A DNA stretch of 64,000 nt from Octopus bimaculoides (Eukaryota). Shown here one piece after another: positions 61,935-64,000 of the stretch. The notes under the pieces were generated by a model that saw only the letters and a program-made list of their open reading frames with translations, made no database searches and was not told the origin of the DNA. The first letter of the stretch is position 1. Every line of letters starts with the position of its first letter. The position numbers and the translations under genes were made by a program. The DNA is taken from NCBI RefSeq assembly GCF_001194135.2, contig NC_068996.1, positions 25,211,122-25,275,121 on the forward strand, given 5' to 3'.

Positions 61935-63960
61935 TATAGAGAGAACATTCACAATAAGAGAGAGAGACAGAGAGAAAAGGTGGGGAGATAGGGCCATGAA
62001 AAAGAGAGATAGGTTGGAAACAGAGATTGAGAAAGATAGAAAGCAAAAGCCAGAGTTAGCAATGGAGGTGTGACAGGCGAAAAGCGAAAAAATGAGATTA
62101 TAAAGAGACAATGAGTGAGAAGAAAACACAAGAAAGCGTAACGGGAGGGAGGAGAGGGAAAACAAAGGAGAAAGATAAAGATTAAATAAAGGAATATGAT
62201 ATAGACAGAAGGAAGGGTTGGGGAATGCAACTTTTATGTGATGTGAACAGATTAGGCTGGAAACGAAGAGATGAAACCAGCAAACAAGTCTAAAAGGATG
62301 TGATTAGACAATGGAATAGATTTAGAAAGAGATGCAAGTCCAGTAGAAAAAAGTGAGGAGTAAGTAGGCAGTTGTACACACGTACAAACGAACTCGTAAG
62401 AGTGCCAAATCGATAAAAGAGATGGTAGTCGTGCTCCCACTTCAATAGATTTGCATAGGAAAGTGTCCAAATGGAAAGTGTAGGTATAATTAAAATAAGG
62501 CAAGTACATTAGAGGTATAAGCAGGCATTCTGCACAAACAAGAAAAACCATACAGTCTATATTATAGACTCCTTACGTAAAAGGGCCAAGTGTATAAGAG
62601 AGGGCAGTTCTGCACATTATAAGATTTCTCTCTTTTTAATAGATTTCCAAGGGAAAATGTACTGATGAAAAATGTAGATATAGCGAAATAAGGCGAGTTC
62701 GTTAGAGAAGGTGTAAGCAGGCATTCGTTCAAAGTGTACAATCGAAAAGGTGAAGGGGAATCTGTTGGAGAGAAAGGGTAGTGTAAGTAAATAGTCGTAC
62801 ACGCAGGATACAAATAGAAAAGGCAAGTGATAATTATGCAAGGGAAGAAGTAAGTCTATTACGCAGAGAGCATGGGAGAGAGAAAGTGAGCGAGGAAGAG
62901 CGAGAGAGAAAGAGAAAGAATAAACGTATGCAGTGTACAAACGAAAAAGGTATTAATAATGGAGAAGGCAAGTCTATTACAAAGAGAGCAGTCGCACGTA
63001 CAGCATACAAACGAAAAGGCAAATGATAATTAACACAGTAAGGAAGGAAAGAGAGAGAGCAATCATATGCAGTATTCACAAGAAAAAGGCAAGAGTTAAT
63101 AATGGAAAAAGTAAGTCTGTTACGAAGAGAGCAGGCGTACGTACAGCGTACAAACGAAAAGGCAAATAATAACGTAGTAAGGAAGGAAACGACTGCTATA
63201 CACACAGAATGAGAGAGAGAGAGAGAGAGCAGTCGTACACGTGAACTGAACAAACGAAAAAGGTGTTAATGAGAGAGAAGGCAAATTTGTTGTAGTGAGT
63301 AGCTGCATACACAAGTGTAGAAACAAAAAGGGAGAAACTAAGTCTGTTATACAGAAGGAAAAAGAGAGACAGAGAGAGACCACAGTCGTACACATAGTGT
63401 ACAAACGTAAAAGAAAAAAAAGGCGAGCTATAATAGATACAATAAAAGATAAGTGTGTTAAAGATAGAGACACAGCACTCATGCATATAGCATACAAACG
63501 AAAAGAGACGGGTGATACCACGTAGAATGAAAGAGAAGTTAAGACTACTATCTGTAACAGTCATGCCTTCTCCCTTACTATATGTGTTATATAATAAAGG
63601 CAAGACTTACAAAGAGAAAAGAGAGACAGAACCGTCGTACAGTGTACAAACAGAAAAAAGGCGAATATAAACAAATATAGTAAAGGAGAAGACGAGACTA
63701 AGAGAGAGGGAGAGAGAGACTAGTCATACACTTTGTACGAAAAATGTGTATTTTGGCGAACTGAGAGCAGCAGCAGTAGGCAGTCGTTCACAGGCAAAAA
63801 AATAAAAGTGTTTATTAGAGACAGACAAAGTAATAAGGACAGAAAGGGAGAGAATAAAAAAAGGCGATACAACCATAGTAAGTAAGGGAGTAGGCTAGTA
63901 TTAAAGAGAGAGAGATAGAGAGGGAGAGGGAGAGTGTTATATGTGGGTAGTAGTAAGAGA
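61935..63960. repeat. Purine-rich degenerate tandem repeat, unit about 65-75 bp in 62560-63700
   Basis: Recurring AGTCGTACAC...ACAAACGAAAAAGGC...AAGTCTATTAC (e.g. 62937, 63007, 63150, 63250). Confidence 0.8.
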
Positions 63961-64000
63961 TCGGTCGGTCGGTTAATATACATATGCAAATATATGCATA

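Overview
This is an AT-rich, repeat-saturated eukaryotic scaffold with 12 N-gaps. The SINE families and microsatellite load look like a coleoid cephalopod (Octopus-like); that is an inference, not a search result. I can support one host protein-coding gene: eukaryotic translation initiation factor 5 (EIF5) on the minus strand, with 9 coding exons (CDS 8838 to 5887, 441 aa) and a probable non-coding first exon ending at 11702. The rest is mobile DNA and tandem repeats: RTE-clade LINE fragments and a family sharing their 3' tail, tRNA-derived SINEs, piggyBac, mariner/Tc1 and other TIR elements, a Ty3/Gypsy LTR-PBS-gag remnant, Penelope-like pieces, three stacked R4/Dong-like retrotransposons and large degenerate satellites. 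Three signals stand out. (1) An intron-split, poor-context uORF overlaps the EIF5 start codon, the architecture of eIF5 autoregulation. (2) A minimal type-I hammerhead ribozyme fold has a non-canonical CCGAUGA core, and the same core recurs at a second Penelope-associated locus. (3) A head-to-tail stack of R4-like elements has every readable junction in (ACAT)n/(ACAG)n microsatellite, suggesting an ACAT-specific target preference. Repeat boundaries are read by eye and are approximate unless junction sequences are quoted.
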